A stretch of DNA of 64,000 nt from the NCBI GenBank assembly GCA_001782045.1, contig MFNK01000003.1, forward strand, positions 26,070 through 90,069, in the 5' to 3' direction. The notes under the pieces were generated by a model. It was not told the DNA's origin. It was given only the letters and a program-made list of their open reading frames with translations, and searched no databases. The DNA is from Candidatus Levybacteria bacterium RIFCSPHIGHO2_01_FULL_36_15b. Its GTDB lineage: Bacteria; Patescibacteriota; Microgenomatia; Levybacterales; UBA12049. A program made the translations under genes and the position numbers. Shown here one piece after another: positions 9,287-19,132 of the stretch (position 1 is its first letter; the number at the start of each line of letters is the position of its first letter).

Positions 9287-10192
9287 ATGAAAAGGATTGT
9301 TACACACACATCGCCTGATATGGACGCTATTACGTCCGTATGGTTTATAAAAAGATATTTGTCCGGTTGGGAAGACGCAGAAGTTCGCTTTGTGCCGGCG
9401 GGACAGCGAATAGGAAATTTGTCAGACCAAAAAGCGGTGGAGCTAAAAGACCCGATTGAAATAATCAGCGGGCACGAAGTAATTCACGTAGATACCGGAA
9501 TGGGGCCGCTTGATCACCATCAAATTAAAGATACAAATACATGTGCCGCTTCTTTAACCTTCGATTACGTTAAAAAACATCTTTTACAAAAGAATCTAGA
9601 CATTGATCCCGTAAAGCTGCAGGCTTTAGAGCGAATATCGGATTTTGTAGTAGAGGTAGACCATTTTAAAGAAGCATTTAGAAAAGATGCGCTGGAAAAT
9701 TACAACAATTTTTCTATTACGGAAATTTTAGATGGATTAAAATTTCAGCATCCAAATGATGACAAATATTATGTTGATTTTATTTGCATTTGCCTTGATG
9801 CAATACTCCACGATATAGAAAACAGAATTTGGGCAGAAACGGAAATAAAAGAAATTGGAATTGATTTTGAAACAAAATGGGGAAAAGGCCTTGGAATAGA
9901 AACCATAAATGATTCTGTTGTAAAGCTTGCGCAGCTTATGGGATATATAATAGTTGTTAGAAAAGACCCAAGAAAAGGCTACGTTCGAATTAAAGCAAGA
10001 CCTAATAGTAATGGGGAAAAAGGAATAGACTTAACACTTGTTTCCGAAAAACTTAAGAAAATGGATCCTGCCGCTACTTGGTTTTTGCATGTTTCCGGCA
10101 AAATGCTTTTAAACGGTACTCCAAAAAATCCAAAAATGAAACCAAGTAAGCTTTCTTTGCAAGAAATTATAGGAGTATTAAAGGAAATTTAA
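9287..10192 (+). CDS. DHH/MYG1-like phosphoesterase
   Basis: THTSPDMD, HVDTG, DHHQ; start refined to ATG 9287. Confidence 0.7.
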   Translation: MKRIVTHTSPDMDAITSVWFIKRYLSGWEDAEVRFVPAGQRIGNLSDQKAVELKDPIEIISGHEVIHVDTGMGPLDHHQIKDTNTCAASLTFDYVKKHLLQKNLDIDPVKLQALERISDFVVEVDHFKEAFRKDALENYNNFSITEILDGLKFQHPNDDKYYVDFICICLDAILHDIENRIWAETEIKEIGIDFETKWGKGLGIETINDSVVKLAQLMGYIIVVRKDPRKGYVRIKARPNSNGEKGIDLTLVSEKLKKMDPAATWFLHVSGKMLLNGTPKNPKMKPSKLSLQEIIGVLKEI

Positions 10193-10194
10193 TT

Positions 10195-10599
10195 ATGGAA
10201 GACTGCATTTTTTGTAAAATTGTAAACAATCAAGTTAACTCAGTTAGGACGTATGAAGATGAAAATACGATTGCTTTTATGGAGGCAACTCCTTCCGCAC
10301 CCGGCCATGTTATGGTAATTTCTAAAAAACATGGCAAAAGCATATTTGATTATGAAGGAAAAGACTTGGGAGTTTTAATGGATACCGTTTCAAAAGTAGC
10401 CAAAAAAATAGAAAAAGCACTAAGTTCGGATTCAATTACTATTGGTATAAATCATTTAGAAAAAAAAGGGGTTCCGCATTTGCATATTCATCTTATTCCA
10501 AGATGGGACAATGATAAAGGCGGAATAATTCAAAGTATTGTTAAAAATGTTCCTAGACAGTCACGAGAAGAAATTGCCGAAAGGATAAAAAAAGCGTAA
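10195..10599 (+). CDS. HIT family hydrolase
   Basis: CIFCKI, HLHIH. Confidence 0.92.
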   Translation: MEDCIFCKIVNNQVNSVRTYEDENTIAFMEATPSAPGHVMVISKKHGKSIFDYEGKDLGVLMDTVSKVAKKIEKALSSDSITIGINHLEKKGVPHLHIHLIPRWDNDKGGIIQSIVKNVPRQSREEIAERIKKA

Positions 10600-10628
10600 A
10601 ATGAAGCATATAAAAGGGGGTGTTTTTT

Positions 10629-10814
10629 ATGGTAGTAGTTAAAAAAATGCCGGGAGACTCAGACGAGGCATTAATTAGAAAATTTAGTAGAAAAGTTATA
10701 AATGAGGGAATTTTACAAGAAGCAAAAAGACGAGAATTTTATCTTAAGCCCTCGTTAGCTAAAAAACAAAAGCAAGAGGATGCAAGAAGAGCTAAGAAGA
10801 CGCCTGCTTTTTAA
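10629..10814 (+). CDS. rpsU: 30S ribosomal protein S21
   Basis: IRKFSRKV...REFYLKPS; GGGGGTG Shine-Dalgarno upstream. Confidence 0.88.
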   Translation: MVVVKKMPGDSDEALIRKFSRKVINEGILQEAKRREFYLKPSLAKKQKQEDARRAKKTPAF

Positions 10815-10816
10815 AA

Positions 10817-11203
10817 ATGGCTAATTTATCGATTCCCATATTTGTTGAAAGCCGTTATAAGATAAACCGAAAAAGAATAAAAAGCAAAATTACTGATGTT
10901 TTGGAAAAAAATTCAGTACTAGGTCCGGTTGAAATTTCTGTCGCAATTGTAGGAGACAGAAAAATGAGAAAACTTTCCAAAACTTATAAAGGCGAAGATA
11001 AAACAAGAAATATTCTTTCATTTTCGCAAAGAGAAGGGGAGGCTATTAAGCGTCCAAGCGAAAAGTTAATACTTGGTGACATTGTTATATCTTTTCCGGT
11101 TGTAATAAATGAGGCGTCAAGAGATGAAATGCTGGTTGATGATAAAATAGACGAATTAATAGAGCATGGTTTGATGCATCTTTTAGGCTTACATCACGAG
11201 TAA
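10817..11203 (+). CDS. ybeY: rRNA maturation endoribonuclease YbeY
   Basis: LGDIVIS, HGLMHLLGLHH. Confidence 0.9.
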   Translation: MANLSIPIFVESRYKINRKRIKSKITDVLEKNSVLGPVEISVAIVGDRKMRKLSKTYKGEDKTRNILSFSQREGEAIKRPSEKLILGDIVISFPVVINEASRDEMLVDDKIDELIEHGLMHLLGLHHE

Positions 11204-11211
11204 AATTGCTT

Positions 11212-12591
11212 ATGGTATTTTACAGAACTTACAGACCTCAAAAAATTTCGGAACTAGATAGCGCCGATTTGAGAGAACGTTTATATTCTATTTTTACTAA
11301 AAATTTTGACACCGCACATGCATATCTTTTTTCCGGACCCAAGGGCCTTGGAAAAACATCGGCTGCAAGAATTGTTGCAAAGGTTATTAATTGTGAAAAA
11401 CACGAAAAACTTAAGAAAGCAAAGCTTACCGAAGCGGAAATCGAACCCGATAACAAATGTTGGCAATGCACATCCATTACATCGGGGACAAATTTTGATG
11501 TCTTAGAAATAGACGGTGCTTCAAATAGGGGAATTGATGAAATAAGAGATTTAAAAGAGAAAATAAATCTTCTTCCCGGTAAAGCTGCAAGAAAAGTTTA
11601 CATAATTGATGAAGTGCATATGTTGACATCTGAGGCCTTTAACGCTCTTTTGAAAACCTTAGAAGAGCCTCCCGCTCACGCTGTTTTTATTTTATGTACG
11701 ACAGAGCTGCATAAAGTTCCCCAAACAATTGTTTCAAGATGCTTTAGGGTAGATTTTAAAAAAGCAACGGATGAGGAAATTGAAAGATCGCTTTTAAGAA
11801 TAATAAAGGGAGAATCGATAAAGATTGAAAAGCAAGCAATATCAGCAATTGCTAAAATAAGCGACGGAAGCTTTAGAGATGCTGCAAAGATTCTTGAGGA
11901 ATTAAGCTTAACTTCGGGCAAAAAAACAATTACTCAAGATTATGTTTCCGAAAAATTTAACACTTTGGGAATTGAGTTGGCAATCGAGCAATTTATAAAT
12001 AGCTTAAACACAAAAGATACTAAAAAGGGTTTTGAAGTAGTTTCAAAGCTCGCCAAACAAGGAATTGATTTTAAATTCTTTATCGAGAATCTATTAGAAA
12101 AATTTCATTTAATGCTCTTGGGCAAATTAGGAGTAGGGCCTACATTAGAAGATAAATTTGAGATTTCGGAGATAAAAACAATACTTGAGCTTTTAGCAAA
12201 GGCTCATTCGGAAACTAAATATGCGGTTTTACCACAATTACCACTCGAACTCATGATTGTTGAATGGAGCGAAAGAGCTCAGAGTTTAGAGTTCAGAGTT
12301 CAGAATTCACAAGGTAATCAGGTCGCTGCGGGTCGATTACCTTCCGCTGGCAAATTAGATAGTTTTTATAACGATTTTATAAACGAGGTAAAAGTGCATA
12401 ATCATTTAATAGCTGGCGTACTTAGAAGTTGCGAGATAGAGCAGACAAACGGAAGTATGCAAATTATTGCAATTTCAAAGTTTCATAAAGAAAAACTAGA
12501 GGAATCAAAAACATTTAAAATTCTACAAGATGTAGCAGAGGCTTTAGTTGGAAAAAAAGTTAAATTAGATATAATACTTAGGCCCAGTTAA
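11212..12591 (+). CDS. dnaX: DNA polymerase III subunit gamma/tau
   Basis: YRTYRP, GPKGLGKT, IDEVHML, NALLKTLEEPP, SRC. Confidence 0.95.
   Translation: MVFYRTYRPQKISELDSADLRERLYSIFTKNFDTAHAYLFSGPKGLGKTSAARIVAKVINCEKHEKLKKAKLTEAEIEPDNKCWQCTSITSGTNFDVLEIDGASNRGIDEIRDLKEKINLLPGKAARKVYIIDEVHMLTSEAFNALLKTLEEPPAHAVFILCTTELHKVPQTIVSRCFRVDFKKATDEEIERSLLRIIKGESIKIEKQAISAIAKISDGSFRDAAKILEELSLTSGKKTITQDYVSEKFNTLGIELAIEQFINSLNTKDTKKGFEVVSKLAKQGIDFKFFIENLLEKFHLMLLGKLGVGPTLEDKFEISEIKTILELLAKAHSETKYAVLPQLPLELMIVEWSERAQSLEFRVQNSQGNQVAAGRLPSAGKLDSFYNDFINEVKVHNHLIAGVLRSCEIEQTNGSMQIIAISKFHKEKLEESKTFKILQDVAEALVGKKVKLDIILRPS
12274..12308 (+). repeat. Five 7-bp tandem repeats (AGAGTTC) within dnaX
   Basis: AGAGCTC AGAGTTT AGAGTTC AGAGTTC AGAATTC. 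Confidence 0.8.
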
Positions 12592-12652
12592 GTTTACCGT
12601 TCGCCTTTTCAGTTCTATTCGAACACGGCTCACGGAGCACTTTTAACGGGCC
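12581..12652. repeat. Structured inverted-repeat element overlapping the dnaX stop codon
   Basis: GGCCC(A)GTTAA...TTAACGGGCC ends, inner CCGTTCG..CGAACACGG. Confidence 0.5.
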
Positions 12653-12670
12653 AGGGGAGGTGAATTATGT

Positions 12671-12952
12671 ATGGATAATCCATTTTCAAAATTAGGAGAA
12701 TTAAAGCGAATGAGAGATCAGGCGATGAAGATTCAGAAAGAACTTCAAGCAGAAATTGTAAACGTTGATAGCCACGGAGTTCAAATAGTTATAACAGGAG
12801 ATCAAAAAATTCAAAGCATTTCAACAAACGGAAAATCAGACAACGACATTATGGAGGCTATTAACGAAGCTGTTAAAAAATCACAGGAAGTAGCAGCAAG
12901 AAAACTTTCTACTATGCAGGGCGGTCTTTCGGGGCTTCTGGGAGGACAATAA
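12671..12952 (+). CDS. ybaB: Nucleoid-associated protein YbaB/EbfC
   Basis: QAMKIQKEL, VITGDQKI; dnaX-ybaB-(prs)-recR order. Confidence 0.85.
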   Translation: MDNPFSKLGELKRMRDQAMKIQKELQAEIVNVDSHGVQIVITGDQKIQSISTNGKSDNDIMEAINEAVKKSQEVAARKLSTMQGGLSGLLGGQ

Positions 12953-12991
12953 TCGCCTTGCTACGCAGCTTACAAAAAAGTAAAATAAATT

Positions 12992-13894
12992 ATGAAGATT
13001 TTTTGTGGCAAAGCAGGTAAAAATTTAGGAACCAAAGTTGCTAAAAAATTAAACCTAACTCTTTCTCCAGTTGAGATTTTTGTATTTCCCGATTTAGAAA
13101 AAAGAATAAGAATTGTCGAAAATGTTGTTAACGAGGATTGTGTAATAATTCAGTCGGCAAGCATACCACCCGATGAAAATTATATGGAGCTTTTCATTAT
13201 GATTGATGCTCTAAAAAGATCTGGTGCTGCATCAATTAAAGCCGTAATTCCATATCTTGGCTACCAGCGGCAAGATCATATATTTAGGGATGGAGAAGCA
13301 GTTTCTTTAGAAGTGATTGCAAAAATACTCACAACCTTAGGAATGGGCAAGCTTATTACTTTTGACCTTCATTCTATAAAGATTCCAGAACTATTTTCCG
13401 TACCGGTTGAACATTTATCAGCTCTTCCTCTTTTTGCAGAAAATATAAAACAAAACTTTGAAAACAAGGATTTTGTTCTCGTCTCGCCGGATATGGGCGG
13501 AATAAGAAGAATAAAAGAAATAAGTGAGCTTTTAGAAAATGCCACTTTTGCAACGATAGAAAAAAATAGAGACCTTGGCAACGGTGAAATTGAAGATAAG
13601 GGGTTAAATGGGAATGTAAGGGGGAAGGTTGCAATAATTGTGGACGATATGATTTCAACTGGAAAAACACTAGTTGAGGGCGCAGAACTTTTAATAAATG
13701 AAGGGGCAAGTAAGGTTTATGCTTATGCTACACACCCGGTTTTTGCAAGACATTCGGATAAGCTTTTACAACATAGCAAAATTGAAAGAATTGTTGTAAC
13801 AGATACCATTGATATTCCCGCTTATTCTGAGTTTGCAAAACTTGAGGTCTTATCTGTTGCAGATATAACAGCAAAGGCTTTAAAATCATCTTAA
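12992..13894 (+). CDS. prs: Ribose-phosphate pyrophosphokinase
   Basis: PYLGYQRQD, DLHS, SPDMGG, IVDDMISTGKT. Confidence 0.95.
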   Translation: MKIFCGKAGKNLGTKVAKKLNLTLSPVEIFVFPDLEKRIRIVENVVNEDCVIIQSASIPPDENYMELFIMIDALKRSGAASIKAVIPYLGYQRQDHIFRDGEAVSLEVIAKILTTLGMGKLITFDLHSIKIPELFSVPVEHLSALPLFAENIKQNFENKDFVLVSPDMGGIRRIKEISELLENATFATIEKNRDLGNGEIEDKGLNGNVRGKVAIIVDDMISTGKTLVEGAELLINEGASKVYAYATHPVFARHSDKLLQHSKIERIVVTDTIDIPAYSEFAKLEVLSVADITAKALKSS

Positions 13895-13897
13895 TTT

Positions 13898-14512
13898 ATG
13901 ACAATACCAACAACAATTAAAAAACTAACAGAGTCTTTTGAAAAGCTTCCCGGTGTTGGTCCTAAAACCGCACAGCGGCTTACTTTTTATCTTTTACATG
14001 TTCCGCAAGGGCAGCTTGATACATTTGCCCAAAGTCTTTCAAATTTAAAGAAGGATACATTAATATGCACAAACTGTTTTATGACGGACGAAAAAAATCC
14101 CTGCAGCATATGTTCCGATAAATCAAGAGATGAATCTTTGATTTGTGTAGTAGAGGAGCCACTGGACGTTCTTGCTTTGGAAAAAAATGGAAAGTACAGA
14201 GGCTTATACCATGTTTTACACGGTAAAATTGATCCGCTTAATAATATTGGGCCGGACGAAATTTATATATCGCCGCTTCTAAAAAGACTTAAAACTCATG
14301 CAATTAGCGAAATTATTCTTGCAACTAATCCAACTATGGAAGGTGAAGCAACAGCAATGTATATTGCAAAGCAAATTAAAAATCAAATCTCAAATCTCAA
14401 ATCTCAAATTAAAATAACCAGAATTGGAAGAGGCTTGCCTGTTGGAGGGGACTTGGAATATGCAGATGATGTTACGCTGCAACGCGCAATGGAGGGGAGA
14501 AGTGATTTTTAA
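13898..14512 (+). CDS. recR: Recombination protein RecR
   Basis: LPGVGPKTAQR, C4 zinc finger, Toprim region EGEATA. Confidence 0.95.
   Translation: MTIPTTIKKLTESFEKLPGVGPKTAQRLTFYLLHVPQGQLDTFAQSLSNLKKDTLICTNCFMTDEKNPCSICSDKSRDESLICVVEEPLDVLALEKNGKYRGLYHVLHGKIDPLNNIGPDEIYISPLLKRLKTHAISEIILATNPTMEGEATAMYIAKQIKNQISNLKSQIKITRIGRGLPVGGDLEYADDVTLQRAMEGRSDF
14372..14413 (+). repeat. 7-bp tandem repeats (AATCTCA) within recR
   Basis: AAAATCA AATCTCA AATCTCA AATCTCA encoding KNQISNLKSQIK. Confidence 0.8.
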
Positions 14513-14997
14513 TGGATAAAAACTCAACATTTGGTCAACTTTTTGAGCAAGGGAAGTCAGCAATAGACGATAGTGCTTCTAATGTAATAGATGCCACAAA
14601 ACAACAAATTACAGGAAGTCAGCCTGCACAAAGCCAGCCCAACCTTCAAAATAACGAACTTCAGGCGCAATTGTCAGATGATTCTCGGGAAATTATAAAT
14701 GATTTTTACGCACCATCACAAAACACAAATACGCCGCAAGATTTAGAAGATAAAGAAGAAAAACTTGCTAAAGTAAGAAAAGAACTTCAGGGTTTTAAAT
14801 CCTCTCTGCATCAAACAACCTATTACGAACCACTCTTTGCTTATGAGAAAAAAAAGAAAGAGGCATCACAGCAGCAAGAAGAATATCAAGAAGAGGAGAA
14901 GAAGATGGAAGAATTACAGCAAGCTGAAAAGAAAAAGCAAGATTTAGATACTTTTAGAAAACAAAGAGGCGTGGAAATAAGAGCAAGTGCAGGATGA
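14512..14997 (+). CDS. Hypothetical charged/coiled-coil protein
   Basis: ORF overlaps recR stop and cysS start. Confidence 0.75.
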   Translation: MDKNSTFGQLFEQGKSAIDDSASNVIDATKQQITGSQPAQSQPNLQNNELQAQLSDDSREIINDFYAPSQNTNTPQDLEDKEEKLAKVRKELQGFKSSLHQTTYYEPLFAYEKKKKEASQQQEEYQEEEKKMEELQQAEKKKQDLDTFRKQRGVEIRASAG

Positions 14998-16166
14998 AAA
15001 TATATAACACCTTATCAAGATCTATTGAAGAATTTAAGCCCCTTATAGATAATCAGGTAAAAATGTATACCTGCGGACCTACTGTGTATGACAGAATGCA
15101 CGTAGGAAATTTAAGAACGTTTGTGCTTTCAGATGTTTTGGAAAGAGCTTTAAAGCTAGAAGGATTTAAAGTTGAATCTGTTCAGAATATTACTGATGTT
15201 GACGACAAAATAATAAAAAGAGCGATTGAAAGTAAAAAAGACTTGAAAGAAATAGCTGATGAGTTTACTAAATATTTTATAGACGACGTAAATAAACTAA
15301 ATATTAATTGGAATTCTGAAAATCAACCTAAGGTAAGTGATTACATTGAAAAAATTGCTAATTACGTAAAAGTTTTGCAGGATAAAGGTTTTGCATATGA
15401 AAAAGACGGCTCGGTATATTTTGACATATCAAAATTTGAAGATTACGGTAAACTTTCCGGTATAAAAAACGTAAGTTTAAAAACGGGTACAAGAGTTCTT
15501 TCAGATGAATATACAAAAGACGATGTGCAAGACTTTGCTTTATGGAAACATGTTCCCGAGGGAGAACTAGGCAGTTTTGAAAGTAGCCTAGGTTGGGGAA
15601 GGCCCGGTTGGCATATTGAGTGTTCTGTTATGAGTCAGGATAAACTGGGAGATACAATTGATATTCATTTGGGAGGAGTAGATTTAATCTTTCCGCATCA
15701 TGAAAATGAAATAGCTCAATCAGAAGCAAAAACGGGAAAGCAATTTTCCAGGTTTTTTGTGCATGGAGCTCACATGCTTGTTGATGGCAAAAAAATGAGT
15801 AAATCTTTAAAAAATTTTTACACGCTGGATGACATAATTGCAAAAGGAATAGAGCCCCTCGCTCTTAGATATTTATATTTTCAGACTCACTGGCGGCAGG
15901 AAATGAATTTTACATGGGAGGCGCTATCTGCTTCTCAAAACGCTCTAAACAGACTCAAGAGAATAGTTTCAAAATACGACGATCCTAAAATAGGCTGCGC
16001 TGAGCTTGAGGAAAAATTCAAAACAGCAGTTAACAATGATCTGAATATGCCGCAGGCATTAGCAGTAGCATGGGAAACAGTCAACTCGGATTATCCAAGT
16101 TCTGCCAAAAAAAGAAGTTTATTGAATTTTGATGAAATGCTGGGACTTGGTCTTAACTCTGTCTAG
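14994..16166 (+). CDS. cysS: Cysteinyl-tRNA synthetase (short C-terminus)
   Basis: CGPTVY, HVGN, PGWHIEC, PHHENE, KMSKS. Confidence 0.95.
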   Translation: MKIYNTLSRSIEEFKPLIDNQVKMYTCGPTVYDRMHVGNLRTFVLSDVLERALKLEGFKVESVQNITDVDDKIIKRAIESKKDLKEIADEFTKYFIDDVNKLNINWNSENQPKVSDYIEKIANYVKVLQDKGFAYEKDGSVYFDISKFEDYGKLSGIKNVSLKTGTRVLSDEYTKDDVQDFALWKHVPEGELGSFESSLGWGRPGWHIECSVMSQDKLGDTIDIHLGGVDLIFPHHENEIAQSEAKTGKQFSRFFVHGAHMLVDGKKMSKSLKNFYTLDDIIAKGIEPLALRYLYFQTHWRQEMNFTWEALSASQNALNRLKRIVSKYDDPKIGCAELEEKFKTAVNNDLNMPQALAVAWETVNSDYPSSAKKRSLLNFDEMLGLGLNSV

Positions 16167-16302
16167 CTTTGGAGATTTCTGCGATTCTTCTTAAAATTTC
16201 TCTTCGTCTATTTGGATCCGACTGTACAGCTGTAACTACAGCAAGTGGTTCTTCCTTTTGAGCACCTTTTACTCTTAGCAAATCTGCGATAAGGTGTAGC
16301 AC
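16153..16302 (-). CDS. Small hypothetical protein (49 aa), probably leaderless
   Basis: GTG-LHLIADLLRVKGAQKEE...EISKARQS; TTGACA-17bp-TACGCT ends 7 nt upstream. Confidence 0.55.
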   Translation of the reverse strand: MLHLIADLLRVKGAQKEEPLAVVTAVQSDPNRRREILRRIAEISKARQS

Positions 16303-16408
16303 ATTTTTAAGCGTATCCTAGAATAATAGCCTTGTCAAGTATCAATTCTGCAAAATGTTAATTGACATAAGTTGTATCTATGCCATAATAAATTAGGGGT
16401 GAAATTTA

Positions 16409-16549
16409 ATGGCGAAAAGAAAAAAGTATAATAGAAAACCAAGTACTAAGAGCAAGTCCTTAATTGAATATAATTCCTTAACATTTCTCTTGCTTTTGGC
16501 GTTTGTTCTTTTGGTTTCACTTTTATTAGTTTCAAGAATGCTTTATTAA
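16409..16549 (+). CDS. Small membrane protein (46 aa)
   Basis: MAKRKKYNRK... plus one TM helix; AGGGGTGA SD and TTGACA/CATAAT promoter. Confidence 0.65.
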   Translation: MAKRKKYNRKPSTKSKSLIEYNSLTFLLLLAFVLLVSLLLVSRMLY

Positions 16550-16557
16550 TACTTTCC

Positions 16558-17487
16558 ATGCAGGAAATCGGATACAACAAACCTCTTTATATTCTGCCAT
16601 TTGACCACAGAGCTACTTTTGCAGTTTCTTTTGGCTATAGCTCTACTCAATATTTATCATTGCAGCAAAGAGACTTAATCAGAGATTTTAAAATGCTTGT
16701 TTATAATCATTTTAAGGAAATAGTTCATAGGAAAATCCCACTTGGCTATGCCGGAATATTATGCGATGAAGAATTTGGCAGCGAGGTTTTAAGAGAAGCA
16801 AAAGGTGATGGCTTTGTTACCATTCTAACTACAGAGAAAAGCGGACAAAATATAGTTGAGTTTGAATATGGACAGGATTTTGAGCGACATATAGAAAAAT
16901 TTAAGCCTGAATTTACAAAAACTTTAATAAAGTTTAATCCGGAAGATTTACCCGATTCAAGAGAAAAGCAAAAAAGACACATAAAAATTCTAAATGATTT
17001 TAGTCATACAAATAACTATAAATTTTTATTAGAAGTACTTGTTTTGCCGACAGAAAAACAGTTAGCAGAAGTAGGGGGAAGCAATGTAGACTATGATAAG
17101 GTTTTAAGAGCAGATTTGACAGTAAATATTATTTCAGAGCTGCAGGATTATGGAATTGAGCCTGACGTTTGGAAGCTTGAAGGCTTTTCCGAAAAAGAAA
17201 ACTACACTAAAATTATTTCTGCTATACAAAAAGAACATAGGCAAAATGTAGGATTGGTTATATTAGGTAGGGGCGCAGATGAACAGCATGTGGAAGAGTG
17301 GCTTAAAGCAGGATCGGGAATTAAGGGAATAATAGGTTTTGCCGTGGGAAGAACAGTTTTTTGGAATGCATGGGAAAAGTTTTATAAGAAAGAAGCAGAC
17401 AGCGAAGAAGCCTTAAATAGTATTCCGGACAATTTTATAAAGTTTTATAATGTGTTTACAGAAGAATCTTCTACCAATTCTGCCTAA
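16558..17487 (+). CDS. DUF2090 / IolC C-terminal-like aldolase-fold protein
   Basis: ILPFDHR, EKSG, PDVWKLEG, LGRG, GFAVGRT. Confidence 0.82.
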   Translation: MQEIGYNKPLYILPFDHRATFAVSFGYSSTQYLSLQQRDLIRDFKMLVYNHFKEIVHRKIPLGYAGILCDEEFGSEVLREAKGDGFVTILTTEKSGQNIVEFEYGQDFERHIEKFKPEFTKTLIKFNPEDLPDSREKQKRHIKILNDFSHTNNYKFLLEVLVLPTEKQLAEVGGSNVDYDKVLRADLTVNIISELQDYGIEPDVWKLEGFSEKENYTKIISAIQKEHRQNVGLVILGRGADEQHVEEWLKAGSGIKGIIGFAVGRTVFWNAWEKFYKKEADSEEALNSIPDNFIKFYNVFTEESSTNSA

Positions 17488-19132
17488 TGTGATTCATTCC
17501 AAACTCCAAAGAAGAATTAGTCTTTTTTAGCGGGTTGAAAATATTTAAGGGATCAAAGATTTGTTTTGTTTTTTCAAATAAAGCATAAACTTCTTCGCCG
17601 TACATCTGTTTTAAATAGAAACTTCTTGCCAATCCGTCGTTGTGTTCGCCCGTAGTTGAACCGTTATATGAAAATACAAGATCATAAACTTCTTTTTCGA
17701 GCTTTGGAATTATTTCCCTTTGAGATTGCTCATGTAAATTCATAAGTGGAATAATATGAAAATTACCGTCTCCTAAGTGTCCTGCAATGGTATAAATAAG
17801 ACTAGGATATTTCGATAAGATTTCATTTAGTTTTGGCAAAAATTCTTGTAAATACTTTGGTTCTACAACAAAATCGTCAATAAACGGGGCAGTGTGCTTA
17901 TCTTTTATTTTCTCTCTTAAAAGGTTAAAACTCTCTCTTCTTATCAGCCAGTATTTCTTAGATTGTTTTTCGTTTCCCGCAACACGCGTGTTCAAATTAA
18001 ACGGCTTAAGCTTTTCCTTTAAAGTCTTTATTTTATCTATTAAATCATCAAAATTATTTCCTGCAAACTCTATTTGTAAAATAAGTTTTGGAACCCCATT
18101 TTTTAATACCATCATAAATTCTGGAATAAAGTGAAATGCAGTAGAGATTATGTTTGCTGCACCCATCTTCTTTGCAAATTCCGGAAAAAACTTAACAGCA
18201 AGCTTAAGGGTATTATCATCGTAGGTTTCAAAACTTTCTGGTTCAAGCGGCAAGACTGTATTTATAATTTCCCCAAGATTATTCATGTCTTTTTCTTCCA
18301 AAAAAACAACAAGCATTTCGCTATGTTTCTTAACCGGAATAAGCTCAAGACTTGCCTGGGTCATTATCCCTAGAGTTCCTTGGGCTCCTACAAAAAGCTT
18401 AGTTAAATCAAAAATATTTTTTTCTTTGTCGTATACATTCCATAAAAAATATCCCGCACTGTTTTTAGAAACCTTGGGTTTGGCGCTTTGTAAAAGATCA
18501 AAGTTTTTAGTAATCAAGGCATGTATGCCTCTGTAAACCTCGCCTTCAAATGAGCTCAATTGAAGTTTCTCTGCAAGTTCTCTGTCGGATAGCGGTTTAA
18601 ACTCATACTCGTTTCCGTCCGCTAAAATCATATTTAGTTTTTTAACATACTTTTCCGTTTTTCCGTATTCTAGCGATTTTTCTCCGCCGGAATTATTATT
18701 TACAATTCCGCCAATTGCACAAATATCTTTAGATGCGGGGTAAGAGGGGAATATGAGATTATGTTGCAGAGTAAATTTTTCAAAATCACGGTAATATACG
18801 CCTGGCTGTGTTGTTGCAACATTTCCCTCAATTCCGATTATTTTATTAAAATGCTCCATAAAAGAGACGATTATTGATTCATTTAAGGGTCCTCCGCTCA
18901 TATCCGTGCCTGCGGCTCTTGCGGTTATTGAAAGCGAAGGATTTTGATTCTTATTTGTTTTAACAAATTTAACAATATTTTTTAAATCCTCTGTATCTTG
19001 CGGAAAAACTACAAAACTTGGTTTAACTTCAAAAATACTTGCATCGTGGTCAAACTTTTTTAGAGTTTCTTCATCTTCGTATGTTTCACCTTTAATTACT
19101 TCTTTTAATTTGCTAAACAAATTTTTATTCAT
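17471..19132 (-). CDS. FAD-binding oxidoreductase (D-2-hydroxyacid dehydrogenase / GlcD-like)
   Basis: ARAAGTDMSG, GAQGTLG, GHLGDGNFH, TGEHNDG. Confidence 0.88.
   Translation of the reverse strand: MNKNLFSKLKEVIKGETYEDEETLKKFDHDASIFEVKPSFVVFPQDTEDLKNIVKFVKTNKNQNPSLSITARAAGTDMSGGPLNESIIVSFMEHFNKIIGIEGNVATTQPGVYYRDFEKFTLQHNLIFPSYPASKDICAIGGIVNNNSGGEKSLEYGKTEKYVKKLNMILADGNEYEFKPLSDRELAEKLQLSSFEGEVYRGIHALITKNFDLLQSAKPKVSKNSAGYFLWNVYDKEKNIFDLTKLFVGAQGTLGIMTQASLELIPVKKHSEMLVVFLEEKDMNNLGEIINTVLPLEPESFETYDDNTLKLAVKFFPEFAKKMGAANIISTAFHFIPEFMMVLKNGVPKLILQIEFAGNNFDDLIDKIKTLKEKLKPFNLNTRVAGNEKQSKKYWLIRRESFNLLREKIKDKHTAPFIDDFVVEPKYLQEFLPKLNEILSKYPSLIYTIAGHLGDGNFHIIPLMNLHEQSQREIIPKLEKEVYDLVFSYNGSTTGEHNDGLARSFYLKQMYGEEVYALFEKTKQIFDPLNIFNPLKKTNSSLEFGMNHIRQNW

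Noticed and set aside
12321-12351. Possible remnant of the ~105-bp element inside dnaX
   Set aside because: Only short partial similarity (GGGTC..CCTTCCGC), not alignable with confidence.
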